From Carpediemonas membranifera BICM (Eukaryota; Protista; Fornicata), in assembly GCA_019828565.1 (NCBI GenBank), contig JAHDYR010000062.1:1002421-1066420 (forward strand): 64,000 nucleotides of DNA, in the 5' to 3' direction. A program made the translations under genes and the position numbers. Shown here one piece after another: positions 45,169-55,729 of this stretch. The notes below the pieces were generated by a model. It was not told where the DNA came from and did not search any database. It was given only the letters and a program-made list of their open reading frames with translations. Within the stretch, counting starts at the first letter, position 1. Each line of letters opens with the position of its first letter.

Positions 45169-46068
45169 TCACCGTCTGAACCGACCGAACTCAGTCTCAA
45201 TGCGCTCCTTCTCGGCCTCGAGGTACCGGATCAGCGCCAAACACTCATCCCGGGTCATTAGGGCGAGATCAGTCACCGCCGGCGGCTTGGGGTCCGCAGA
45301 CGGTGTGGCAACGTACCGTCTGAGTGTGGCAGCGGGCACGGATCTCAGGGCTGGCGTGCTCCAGCTCGGGGAGTCAACCGGTAGCACTCGGGGCTTGGCG
45401 ACGGGCGTGTCGGCCATAAGCTCGAGGTCTGACGGCGATGGGCGGTGGGCAGCCTCCAGGGGCGTCATTATGCGGCCGAGGCTGGGCGGCCTGGCTGACG
45501 CGATGACGCCGCTCATGGGTGGGGTCGGCATGTCGGCCATGATCAGCGTAGACTCCTCGCCGATCAACACCGTCTCCGCCTCCTGTGAGGACATGACAGT
45601 GGTCTGGTGCAGCTTGCTCTTCGGGGCCTGCAGGGGGGATGGATGCTGTGGAGAGGGCTCGGGCCGAGCGTCCTCCATCACCGCATCGGCTGGGGCTGGT
45701 GATGGCTGCTGTACAGCCTCAACAACCACCTTTGCTTTTTCCGCAGCGGGTTCCTCTGGCTCCTCCGCGACGGGCTCCTCTGGTTCCTTTGGCGATTCGG
45801 GCTCCTCTTCTTTCGACTCCTCTGGTTCGTCGGAATCGTCCGATTCTTCAAGCAGGCCATTTTCCCGCTGCCATCCTCTGAAGGCAGCCTCGCCCATTCC
45901 CTTGAACTGCCCAATGAATGCGTTCAACTCATCAGTCATGTCCACTTTGTGCTTACGAGGGTAATGAGCCTTCAGTCTAAGGTACCACTGGTCACATTTC
46001 GGACATTGAAAGTGTATCCGCCCCTCAAAGAAGTCTACATTGCAGTCAGTAGGTTGTTCGTCGCTCAT
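45169..46068 (-). CDS. Hypothetical acidic/Pro-rich protein with N-terminal C2H2-like zinc finger
   Basis: FQCPKCDQWYLRLKAHYPRKH; C-terminal short coiled coil. Confidence 0.6.
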   Translation of the reverse strand: MSDEQPTDCNVDFFEGRIHFQCPKCDQWYLRLKAHYPRKHKVDMTDELNAFIGQFKGMGEAAFRGWQRENGLLEESDDSDEPEESKEEEPESPKEPEEPVAEEPEEPAAEKAKVVVEAVQQPSPAPADAVMEDARPEPSPQHPSPLQAPKSKLHQTTVMSSQEAETVLIGEESTLIMADMPTPPMSGVIASARPPSLGRIMTPLEAAHRPSPSDLELMADTPVAKPRVLPVDSPSWSTPALRSVPAATLRRYVATPSADPKPPAVTDLALMTRDECLALIRYLEAEKERIETEFGRFRR

Positions 46069-47241
46069 CGGTTCAAGTGCAGTTTTTGGCACAAAAATCC
46101 CTGTCGACGTCTGATGCGGACCTGAGCCACGCTTGGGGTTGCCGCGGGCTGGTGAGTCATGAATGTAAATGATTGGATGGAAAAGAAATCTGTGCTCTGA
46201 AGGGTCCGACTGTTGCGCAGTATAAACACATTTTTCGAACCTCCCAGACAGGGCCTGAAAGGAACGATCAAAGTGCCCGCCACATCGGCAGAGTGTCGAG
46301 CGACCGCACGAAGGCCGCGTACATGAGTGAGCAGTCCGTTGTGGAAGTCGGCGTCATGTAGGGGGAGTTGCTGGCGCTGCGCATAGCATTCAACCGCGAG
46401 CCGGGCCAGCAGGCATGAATCCCCCACTCTCCGTTCTTCGGTGTAGTCCTGTCTGAAAGCTTGCTTGATGGAGGCTTTGATCGCATATATCTCCATCTTG
46501 TTGCGCACTACAGGTGTGCAGCTGGTCATTGATGAAGATGACATATAAGAGCCGACGATGAACACCATTACCAGCCTATACAAGTGTAGAAGTGAATTTA
46601 ATGTGGAATAGAAGACAATGAGACGACGTGTGAGCAATTGTGTTGTTTACAGCTGTGCTGACGTCCACGAAGAAGACGCTTTGTGGAAGCCCTGGAGAAG
46701 ACGATCTCCCTACCGACTTAAGACGTGAGTAGGAGGGAGACAGGGCAGTGTTGCGCAGTATAAACACATTGTTTGACCCTTCAATAGCACAATCGTGGAG
46801 ACCCAAAAGTGCGAAATGTGGAGACAGATCCTGCATGCAGCGTCAAGCAGCAGTCAAGTCGACTGACAGACAGCCCTACCACACCAAACAACCCCGATCA
46901 GATCCAACAAGGCCGCCCCGACCTCTCTTTACAACCACTTGTCGAGCACACCGACAAGTGCATAAAACTGCTCTCTGTCTCCCATCTCCTCTCTTCCTGT
47001 CGGCCGGGAGGTCGCTTTTTTCTCTCCCTTCAAAGTCATCGCCACCGACCCACCATCAGGATGATGTGGTTGTCAGGGCATCGATCTCACTGGCTCTGGG
47101 TCATCAAGGTAGTAATGGATGAGAACGCTTGTTATTTTTCATCAAGCCAACAACAATGCCTGACCCATGGCGGCAAAGAGAACCAGCGATGACGTTTATC
47201 CTTGTCCTACATGGTCAGCTATGTCGCGTGTGGCACTGCGG

Positions 47242-48231
47242 TCAGAGTTCGTCCATGCTGACCAGGCGAGTCACCTCCCGACTCTTGCGAATCTTGCGGC
47301 TGACGTCGCGAAGGCGCCAACCGACAAACGTGAAGAGGATCATAGCTGTCGGTACGACCTCGAATATGAAGTAGAAGCCCGAGTACGTCCAGTAGTACCA
47401 GCGGTAGTCCCCGGCCATCCAGCGACTGATGAAGTACTCGACCGGGTTGATCGACAGGAAGTCGAGGAGCTGGTAGAGCGCCCGCACCAGGAAGACCGTG
47501 AGGTAGAGGAAGGAGATCAGGATCTGCACGGTCACCCGAAGCTGGAGGGTGCGCTGGATGATATGCTGGCGGGCACTCCGCCTAAACGTCAGCGTCAGCC
47601 GCACCAGAAAGCCGAAGCCGATGAGGAAGGCGAGGGAGAAGAGCATGACGTTGGGGACCTCGAAGTACCGGTCGACATGGGAGAGGTCCTCGTGGCGCCA
47701 TGAGCGGGTGTAGACGGAGGCGACGCTGCACAACACCAGGATGATCACCGCAAGCACCACGAGAGTCACGCCGGCTACGACAGCCACGAAGGACCTGGCC
47801 AGGTGGCCGCTCTCGCTGGCCTTGACGTACGTGTGCCCGAGGAAGACGACGACGATGAAGTAAAGCGCGCACTGGACGTACAGGGGCATCTCCTCACACA
47901 GGAGGAAGAGGGAGAAGGCGCTGCGGTCCTTGGACGTCCACTGCATGAGGTGGACGGTGCGGAGGCTGCTCAGAATGAGGGCCATGAGGCAGAAGAGCGT
48001 CTTGAAGGATATGAGGTTATGGAAAATCCGCTTGAACGTGGGAGATGTGTATAGGTTGTAGACGGCATATAGAATGGCGACAACCCCGATAGTAATGTAG
48101 CACGTCAGCAGGAACCAAAGAGGGAAGCTATTCCCGTGCAGGATGGCGCTAGGGCATATCACCTGAGCGTCATGAGCTGGAATCGTGTAAGGTTTCGCCT
48201 GAAAGTAGCTCTCGGGCTGAAGACTGTGCAT
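47242..48231 (-). CDS. 7-TM protein of the THH1/TOM1/TOM3 / GPR137-like family
   Basis: Seven hydrophobic segments; SFKTLF....S.LR and FYFIFEVVPTAMILF resemble family motifs. Confidence 0.65.
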   Translation of the reverse strand: MHSLQPESYFQAKPYTIPAHDAQVICPSAILHGNSFPLWFLLTCYITIGVVAILYAVYNLYTSPTFKRIFHNLISFKTLFCLMALILSSLRTVHLMQWTSKDRSAFSLFLLCEEMPLYVQCALYFIVVVFLGHTYVKASESGHLARSFVAVVAGVTLVVLAVIILVLCSVASVYTRSWRHEDLSHVDRYFEVPNVMLFSLAFLIGFGFLVRLTLTFRRSARQHIIQRTLQLRVTVQILISFLYLTVFLVRALYQLLDFLSINPVEYFISRWMAGDYRWYYWTYSGFYFIFEVVPTAMILFTFVGWRLRDVSRKIRKSREVTRLVSMDEL

Positions 48232-48512
48232 GGCACGATGTATTGCCTCGGCGATGGACTTGTGAGGATGTTACGCGTATACATGCGTCACATAAACATG
48301 CTTATGGACGATACACCGCGATGAGAGCGGCTCTTGAATCAGCTGTGCTGTTGTCCTCGCCGCGCATTGCTTCTTTCGTCAGATTCGAACGTGTCTTCTG
48401 ACGTTGACAGTCGCGTCCGAGTCGCCACAGGCGTGATGGGGCAACACCTCAGAGCACCCGAAACCGAGCCCGGTATGGGCATATCCGTCGATCGCTCATA
48501 TCAATCATTTAC

Positions 48513-51500
48513 TCAAAACCAAATCAAACCCAGGAGGGACTGGAACCAATTCGACGAGGGCGAGGCGACGTCAAAGGGCTCCGTCTCGACGCAAACGGCC
48601 GTGTGGTGGGCGCAGACGCGGACGGTGTAGCCCGACCCAGTGTCGAGCGTCAGGTCCTCGATGCTGAAGATACCGGCGTTGCTGAGGTCTGTAGCTAGCT
48701 CCTTGACGAGGGTGCCCTGCTTGTACAGCCCGATGTCGACCGTGGCCGCGTCGATGTCGAAGGTGACGTTGCACGCCTTATCGCTGCACTCGAAGAGCGC
48801 CGCGACGGGTGCGGCGACGGGCGTGAGGCTGAGGGCGAAGAGGTCGCTGTCGCCCGTGACCGTCGGAGAGGCACTGCGGGTCTTGATCCGGATGAACATC
48901 TTCTCCGACGCAGCCAGGGTCGATGGCACGGTGACGGTCATCTCGCCGTCGTTGAGGGCGTTGGTGGCGAGCAGGGCCTTGAGGCTGGTCCCGTCGTACA
49001 GCAGGATGTACAGCGTCTCCGTCGGGGCGAGGTCCGAAATCCACCGGATCGACGCAGTCGCCCCGCGCACCCAAGTAGTCGTCGCCTTCGGGCTGCTGAT
49101 GCAGATGCCGCTGCACGTGCCGGTGTCGTCGTCGTCGTCGGTTGGGATAACGTCGTCGTCGTCGTCGGGGGTCGTGTCGTCATCGGTGTCGTCGTCGCCA
49201 GGCAAGACAGAGTCGGGCGGGTCAAGCGGCTCGGCACCGGCACCGGGGTCGGCAGTCACGGCGAACTCGGGTGAGTCGACAAAAGCATAGGGCGAGGCCG
49301 TGGTGCGGACGCGGAGAACGTAGTCGGTGCCGGCCTTAAGCAGGTCGGGCACTCGCCACTCGAACACGCCGCCCGTGGCGTCGCGGGCGAGCACGGTGAC
49401 GAGGGTCGACCCCTTGTAGAGGACGACGGTCATGGGCGTCTTGATGTCAGCGGTCGACCAACGCACCTGGGCAACAGATAGCGCAGGCCACTTCGACGCG
49501 GCCGTCGGCTGCTGTAGCTCGATCGGCTCTGTCGGCGCCTCAACAGAGAAGGTCGCCGAGTTCGAGACGAGACCAGTTTTCGAGTCGTACGCCTGGATGC
49601 GGTACGACCCGGCTGCTGTCGATGCGGGGATGGTGACCGAGACGTCGGTCGTGCCATCGCTCAGGCTGGTGCTGCTGAGATCCGCGACCTTCACGAGAGA
49701 GGTGGTGCGGAGGGAGAGCGTGGCCGAGGACACGCTCGACGTGACCAGCCGGACCAACGTCTGCTTGCCGGGGATGGCGACCGTCGTGCTGGTGGGCATG
49801 GTTACATCCATGGTAGGGGTGGCTGACTGCGACTGCTGGATCTTAAACTGCCCCGACAGCGCCAACACGGACGAGTCGGTCGACTTCTTCACACGGACGC
49901 TGTAGGTGTCGGCGGGCGTCTGTGCACTGCTGGGGGTGAACTTGGCCGTGCCGGTGTTGACGCTGGCAGAGGCGATGGTCGCGACGAGGCGGCCGGCGTT
50001 GAAGAGCTCCACGGTGACGTAGGGGACGTCGCCCGTCGTGTTCCAGCTGATGGTCGCCGTCTCGCCGTGCGTCCACACACTGGTCGATGTCGGCGTGAGC
50101 ATGCGCAGCGTCGGTGTGGGCTTCACGGGTGCGGCCAGGAGGAACGTGTTCGAGCTGCCCGACACGGACGGCTTGTCGACCGAGGCGACCCGGATGAGAT
50201 ATGACCCGTCGACGAGCGACTCTGCGGGGGTCCAGGCGAACGACCCAGTGTTGGAGACAGTGGCGAGGACCCGCTCGGCCCCGATGCCGTTCGACAGGGG
50301 CCCGACCAGGGTGACTGTGAGGGAGTCGAAGATGGTGCTGTCGGGACTCACAGACCAGGTTACAGTGGCGGGCGTGCCGGTCTCGTAGCTGGTGCTCATC
50401 TTGCCGACAGTGATGGTCTTCGTGCCGCCGATCTGGATCTCAAACTTACCCGAGTCGAAGGAGTCGTCTCCGATGGTCAACCGGGCGACGTAATCGCCCT
50501 CCTTGAGGCTCAGGGGGAGCAGACTGGAGACGCTCTTGTCCAGGGGCAGTGCCGTCCCAAGCGTCATCGTGCTCGGCCCATGCAGACTCAGTTTCGCGGC
50601 CGGAAGCAGCGAGATGACGCTGGTCGGCGAGATCGTCCATGAGAAGGTCGTGGTCGCGCCAGTCTCGATGACGGCGCCGGCCTTGGGCGCCGTTATCGAC
50701 GCTGAGAACTCGACGCTGACGGAGAAGGCGCCCGTCTTGCCCTGGGCCGACTCGCAGGTGACCGTGATGCTGTAGTCGGAGCCTTCCGCGACGTTGGGCA
50801 CCGTGAATGAGTAAGACCCGCTGTTGGGCGCAGCCGTGGCGAGTGTCGCGGCGGTCGTGGTGCCCTTGAGCAGCTTGATGACGACGGTGTCCTCGACAGT
50901 GCCCGATGACGACCATCTGACGGTGGTGGACTTGCCGACGATGAGGGCAGCTCCCGCGGAGGGGGCGGTCATGGTGATGGAGGCGGAGAGCGTCGGCTGG
51001 ACGCCGCAGGGGTAGGACTCGATCGACAGCTCGTTCGACCCGCGGCGGATCCAGAAGTAGCCCTTGTCGCAGTAGTTGGTGCCCCAGGAGTTGGCGCACT
51101 CCCAGTACTTGACCCCGGACGATGTCACGCCATAGCCGACGATGACGACGGCATGCCCGCCACGATAGGACTCTCCGTCCTGCTTGATGTAGACTTCGCC
51201 GGGCTTGACCGAGTAGAGGCCCGAGTAGAACCGGATGGCGACCGGGATGGGGCCGTTGGCGATGAGCTCGTTCACCATCGCAGTCTCGCCCGTCGTGCGG
51301 TAGAAAGTGCCGGTCTTATACTTTGGGATGGGGGCACCGGACGGCGTACCGGGGCACGTGGTGCGGCAGTTGTATGTGTAGGGGTAGTAGTGCTTCTCCA
51401 CGGGGTAGCACGCCTCCGTGGTCGTCCCGTAGCGGTTCGTGAACTGGTACGACGGGAAGTAGTGCCCGCCGGCACAGCCGTTGTTGCAGACGCCGTAGGA

Positions 51501-51936
51501 GCACTCGTGGTCGCATTGGACGTGGTACTCCGCGGATAGTCGCGGCTTAACAGACCCGCCGGACTTGAGACAGAAGCGGTCGTTGAGTGCCGCCACTGCA
51601 GCCTGTGTAAAGGGTGAGGATGGGGGTATGTACATGTGCCCAGCAACTGCCGCAGCCGCCTTGGTTGTAGATACCGGAGCGGCAAGGGTTGTTGCGGTAT
51701 GAGAAGGACGTTGGGAGCGCCTCTAGCGGCGTGAGGTCGGACTGCAGCGGATCGGGTGGTAGCTCGATGATCTCGGGGTCCGGGAACTCCAGGCCGCCGC
51801 CATAGTCGGGATACTCTTCAGTGAGGGCGTCCGCAGCCAGCACGACATGGCTGGAGGCGATGGCCACGGCGAGAATCACGAGGAACGGGAAACTAGCTAA
51901 AATGCAGAGTCTTGGTTGTATTAGACGTGCTTTCAT
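48513..51936 (-). CDS. Secreted papain-family (C1A, cathepsin B-like) cysteine protease with ~8 C-terminal Ser/Thr-rich Ig-like (Kre9/KNH-type) repeats; intron 51603-51633
   Basis: Signal/anchor helix, NQGGCGSCWAH|AAVAALNDRFC, GGHAV, NSWG, GYFWIRRG; the 31-nt intron restores frame. Confidence 0.9.
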
Positions 51937-52476
51937 GTTCTGCGCTGGAATATCCGCAGCGGGGTTCGCATGTCAACGGGTTGTAGTAAAACGGGCCGTA
52001 GGAGCTCCTTGCGCGACAAATATCACACCGACAAGCCTTATTAGGTTATAAATGCTCTTTTCGTCATTTTCACCAGTCTCAGGGGATGTTTTGCTGCTCT
52101 CACCCCATCGTGGTGAACTGTCTGACTCCACGACTGTGCGTCTGACACTCCGCCCGGGATAGGTGATGCATGAGGAACCGCCAGCACGGTGTCAGCAGTG
52201 CGGGGCAGCTCGCCGATCAACTGGACCGGCCCGTTTTCTGATGGGTGGGGGAGTCGTCTCTCTCGCGCAGAAGTGACACCGACCTCGGGGCCTGCTGGCT
52301 GCTGTGTTTTCACGCTCGCCCGATCCAGCCCTCACCATCGACCTGGGGCGGCCGATTCCTCGCGCGGAACTATGCCGAAGGGCTGCTGCGCTCAACTCCG
52401 TTCACTGCGGCCTGTGTGCTCTGCGCTCCTTGTCTGCTGCCGTGGCCCCCAGAAGAAGGCGCTGCCATACTAGTAT

Positions 52477-53212
52477 TTATACGGCGAATGCCAGCTCCTC
52501 TTCGGACTCGCTCTCCTCAGACTCTTCAACAGCCTCCTTCTCAACTTCAGTGGGCTCGACAGGAGCGGCGGTCTTCTCGATCGGCTTGACCTGCACAGAC
52601 TCCACAGACTCCTTCGCGGTGACGGGTGCCGGCGTGATCTTCTCGGCGTCCTCCATAGCGAGCTCGGCTGCAATGGCATCGAGCTCGTCATCGCAGTCGG
52701 CGAAGTCCTCCGTGGACAAGGTACCGCTGAGCAGGTCAGCGACCTCGTCGGCGTATGCGAGGGACTCCTGGGTCTCCTCCATGAGCCGCTCGACGTCCTC
52801 GACGTTGCACTGACTCAGGATCGAGTCGAGCGTCTTCTTGCCAGTCGCCATGACCTGGGCAAACTCGCGCTGCATTTCAGCCATATCCATAGAGTTGACC
52901 ATCTCGTTGAGGTTGTCGATCATGCCGTTGGCCTGCTCCATGAGCTTCTTCTGATAGACCTTCCGCTGCAGGGCAAGCTTCGCCCTGTCCTTCTCGCCAC
53001 GCTTCAACAGCTCGCGGGCAGCTTGGTCCTCACGGTTGTACACTTCAACTAACCTTCTCTCGTACATTCGGAGCTGTATGACTGGCAAAAAGATCCGAAC
53101 AAACCTTGTCGCGCTCAATCTTGATTTCTAGGACAGCCTCGTCGACAGAAGTGATTGCTATTGTATGGTGTTTTCGCTTTCCGATGCCGCATGCAGAGAA
53201 TAATCCTAGCAT
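52477..53212 (-). CDS. VPS20: ESCRT-III Snf7-family protein Vps20/CHMP6; intron 53074-53104
   Basis: Spliced ITSVDEAVLEIKIERDK|LRMYERRL...ARELLK.GEKDRAKLAL.RK.YQ..VERLMEET matches CHMP6. Confidence 0.85.
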
Positions 53213-53349
53213 CAAGGAAATTCAGGAAGGTGACGTGCAGTGGAGTTGCATAATACACATAGCGAATTGACTTTTCACAGACTCCGTCTAAATTTCTGGA
53301 GTAATCAAGCTATGGCCCTAATTGCTAATATCAAGCCACTATTACGTAT

Positions 53350-55554
53350 TTACCAACTGAATCCGCCCTGGTTGTACCCCATCGCGGGGCCCTGGAACTG
53401 CGGGCCGCCCTGGCCTCCGGCCCGGGCATCCAGACTGTGAGCAGTGTTGTTGGCGTCGTTCTGGAACATGGCCGTGAAGGACTGGACCTCAAACTGCAGC
53501 CGCTTGGCGTCCTGCTGGCGCTGGATGTAGTACTGCCGCGCGGCCTCGATGTTGGCTCGCAGCTCGTCGTACAGCGTGAGGCTGTGCTTCACACGGTCGA
53601 TCACTTGCTTCATCACGTCGCCACTGCAGTCCTTGGGCAGCCCCGCCGCGAAGGGCCGAGTGCTGTCGACGAGGCCGCCGACGCAGACCTTGAGGTCCTC
53701 AATCAGAGCGCGGGCACGGGCATCCAGGTCGTGCGCCGGCTGGGCGTTGAGCTCGCCACCGGACCGTAGGAGGTCGATGTTGGTCTGGACGTCGCCCATC
53801 TCGCGGAGCTTGTCCGGGATGGCCTTGAGCTCCTCGAACTTGACCATGATGCTGTCGTACGTCTCGGACAGGCCCGCGGCAGTACTGCGCTGCTCGGGGT
53901 TCCAGTTCGACTCCTGCATCGTCTCGCCCACGCCGGCCGCCATCGCCTGGCTGACGTCGGCCTCGGGGGACTCCAGCCGAGTCTGTACCTGCCCGTCGGA
54001 CTTGCCGGCCTCCGTCAGGGTGACCTGGATCGAGCTGATCAGGCCCTTGAAGCGATGGAACTCAGCGATGAAGCGGGCCGAGTTCCACTGCTGCCCGTAC
54101 CGCTGGCGATACTGCGTGTCGAGCTGCTCAGCCTGGTCCAGGGCGCCGTTGGCCGCGTTGACGAGGCCATCGGCGTCCTTGCGGATCTCCATGGCCTGTT
54201 CGAAGCGGTCCTTCAGAGGGGCGAGGCCGTTTGAGGACTCAAAGGCCTTGATGCGGCTCTGGAGCGACGACGGCAGCTTGCCAACGTCCACTGTGCCCTG
54301 GGTGGCGGGCGTGAAGACGCTGGGGATGCTCTCTGACTCCATACGCTTGTTCATGTCCTTGTCGAAGGCGTTGATGGCGCTCGTCAGCTTCGATCCGATG
54401 CCGTCGATGGCCCGCCGGTGGGTGTCGATCTTCTTGAGCACAGCGGAGGGGACAAGCCCGCGGAAGGGGGCCGCCTCTGGGGCGCATTGCCCTACCTGGT
54501 ACTGCTCGACGACAAACTTGTCGTACAGGGGCAGCGCGGGGATGGAGGAGAAGGGAGTCGCCGTCTCGAGCTGGGCGGCGAGCATGCGGGCGGCCTCCTG
54601 CTGGGCCGTCTGGGCCTGCTGCAGGGCGAACTCGAGGGACGTGAGAAGGGCGGCGCGCTTGGCCTTGATCTTGCGGTTGTTGTACTGAGCGAGGGTGTTC
54701 TTGAGGAGCTCGACGACGTACTCGCGGCGGCCGGCGGACCAGGTGAAGTTGAACTCCTTGTTGTCTGGGGAGGCGTCCGCCTCGAGGTCCGCCTGCATGT
54801 GCTGGGCCTTGCTGATGCAGTAGGCGTGCTTCATGGCGACGAATGCGGCGTCGTGGGCCGGGATGCGGGCGGCGAGGAAGGGCTTGGCGACATCCAGGGA
54901 GGTCACTTGGTACTGGTGGCCGGCGGTGGCGCACAGGATGATCTGGGTCTTGGGGGCCATTTTCTTGAGCTGGGTGAGCCGGTAGCGGCACTCGAGGGCC
55001 TCGGCGGAGGCAAGGTGGATGAGGTACGTCAGGTACTCGTCCGACAGGTCCGCCACAGCCGCGCCGATCTTCACATCACGGTCCACGCGAAGGAAGTCGT
55101 TGGTTGTCTTGAAGGCATCGGCGGCGAGCTTGAAGTGCTTTCCGGCGGTCTGGATCTGCTTCTCGTCCGTCTCGCTGCGGGATGCGACGGAGGCGATGCG
55201 GTGGTGTGCCACACCGATGTTAAAGAGGATGCACCCACGCTCGAACTCGAAGGTGTCTCTTGCAACGAACGTCTTGGCCTCAGCCTCGAACGAAGACGAC
55301 CAGGTGAAACCAGGTTGCCCCGTCTGCTCGAAGCTTTCACGAGCCACGTCCAGCAAGCTGAGGTAGTTAAGAGCCAAACTAATGTACCTTTCGTCAAGGT
55401 TGCCACTTGAAACAAAAGCTTGGCGTGCTTCAGTCAATTGCTGCAAACTCTCGGCCTGTTGAGCGAGCATCTTTTTCCCATAGTCATCCTTGATGTTTCC
55501 AGAAAGAAGGTTCTGAAAGGTCACAGGTTTCGTTGTCTTGTTGCGGAGATCCAT
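53350..55554 (-). CDS. BRO1/ALIX-family ESCRT accessory protein (Bro1 + V domain)
   Basis: FTW, FERGCILFNIG, AGKHFKLAADAF, DLS, AEALEC; helical V-domain-like C-terminal half with YRQRYGQQW. Confidence 0.85.
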   Translation of the reverse strand: MDLRNKTTKPVTFQNLLSGNIKDDYGKKMLAQQAESLQQLTEARQAFVSSGNLDERYISLALNYLSLLDVARESFEQTGQPGFTWSSSFEAEAKTFVARDTFEFERGCILFNIGVAHHRIASVASRSETDEKQIQTAGKHFKLAADAFKTTNDFLRVDRDVKIGAAVADLSDEYLTYLIHLASAEALECRYRLTQLKKMAPKTQIILCATAGHQYQVTSLDVAKPFLAARIPAHDAAFVAMKHAYCISKAQHMQADLEADASPDNKEFNFTWSAGRREYVVELLKNTLAQYNNRKIKAKRAALLTSLEFALQQAQTAQQEAARMLAAQLETATPFSSIPALPLYDKFVVEQYQVGQCAPEAAPFRGLVPSAVLKKIDTHRRAIDGIGSKLTSAINAFDKDMNKRMESESIPSVFTPATQGTVDVGKLPSSLQSRIKAFESSNGLAPLKDRFEQAMEIRKDADGLVNAANGALDQAEQLDTQYRQRYGQQWNSARFIAEFHRFKGLISSIQVTLTEAGKSDGQVQTRLESPEADVSQAMAAGVGETMQESNWNPEQRSTAAGLSETYDSIMVKFEELKAIPDKLREMGDVQTNIDLLRSGGELNAQPAHDLDARARALIEDLKVCVGGLVDSTRPFAAGLPKDCSGDVMKQVIDRVKHSLTLYDELRANIEAARQYYIQRQQDAKRLQFEVQSFTAMFQNDANNTAHSLDARAGGQGGPQFQGPAMGYNQGGFSW

Positions 55555-55729
55555 GGTTCTTGTCGTGGTTAGCCTGCTCGCTTGGCTCGAGATTTTGGCT
55601 ACGGAGCCGGAACCCGTTTTAGCTGACTAACAATAGTGGGAATGTCCATGCGCCGCGTCGTTTTACTGGTACAGAGGCCGCTTGTGCGGCCCACCCAGGG
55701 AGCTCGTCCCGTTGACGGCAGCAGACTCC

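Noticed and set aside
52189-52473. Possible Cys-rich PLAC8-like gene with a 26-nt intron
   Set aside because: No clear start, the putative intron lacks the -6 A, and the spliced frame runs into VPS20; too weak to call
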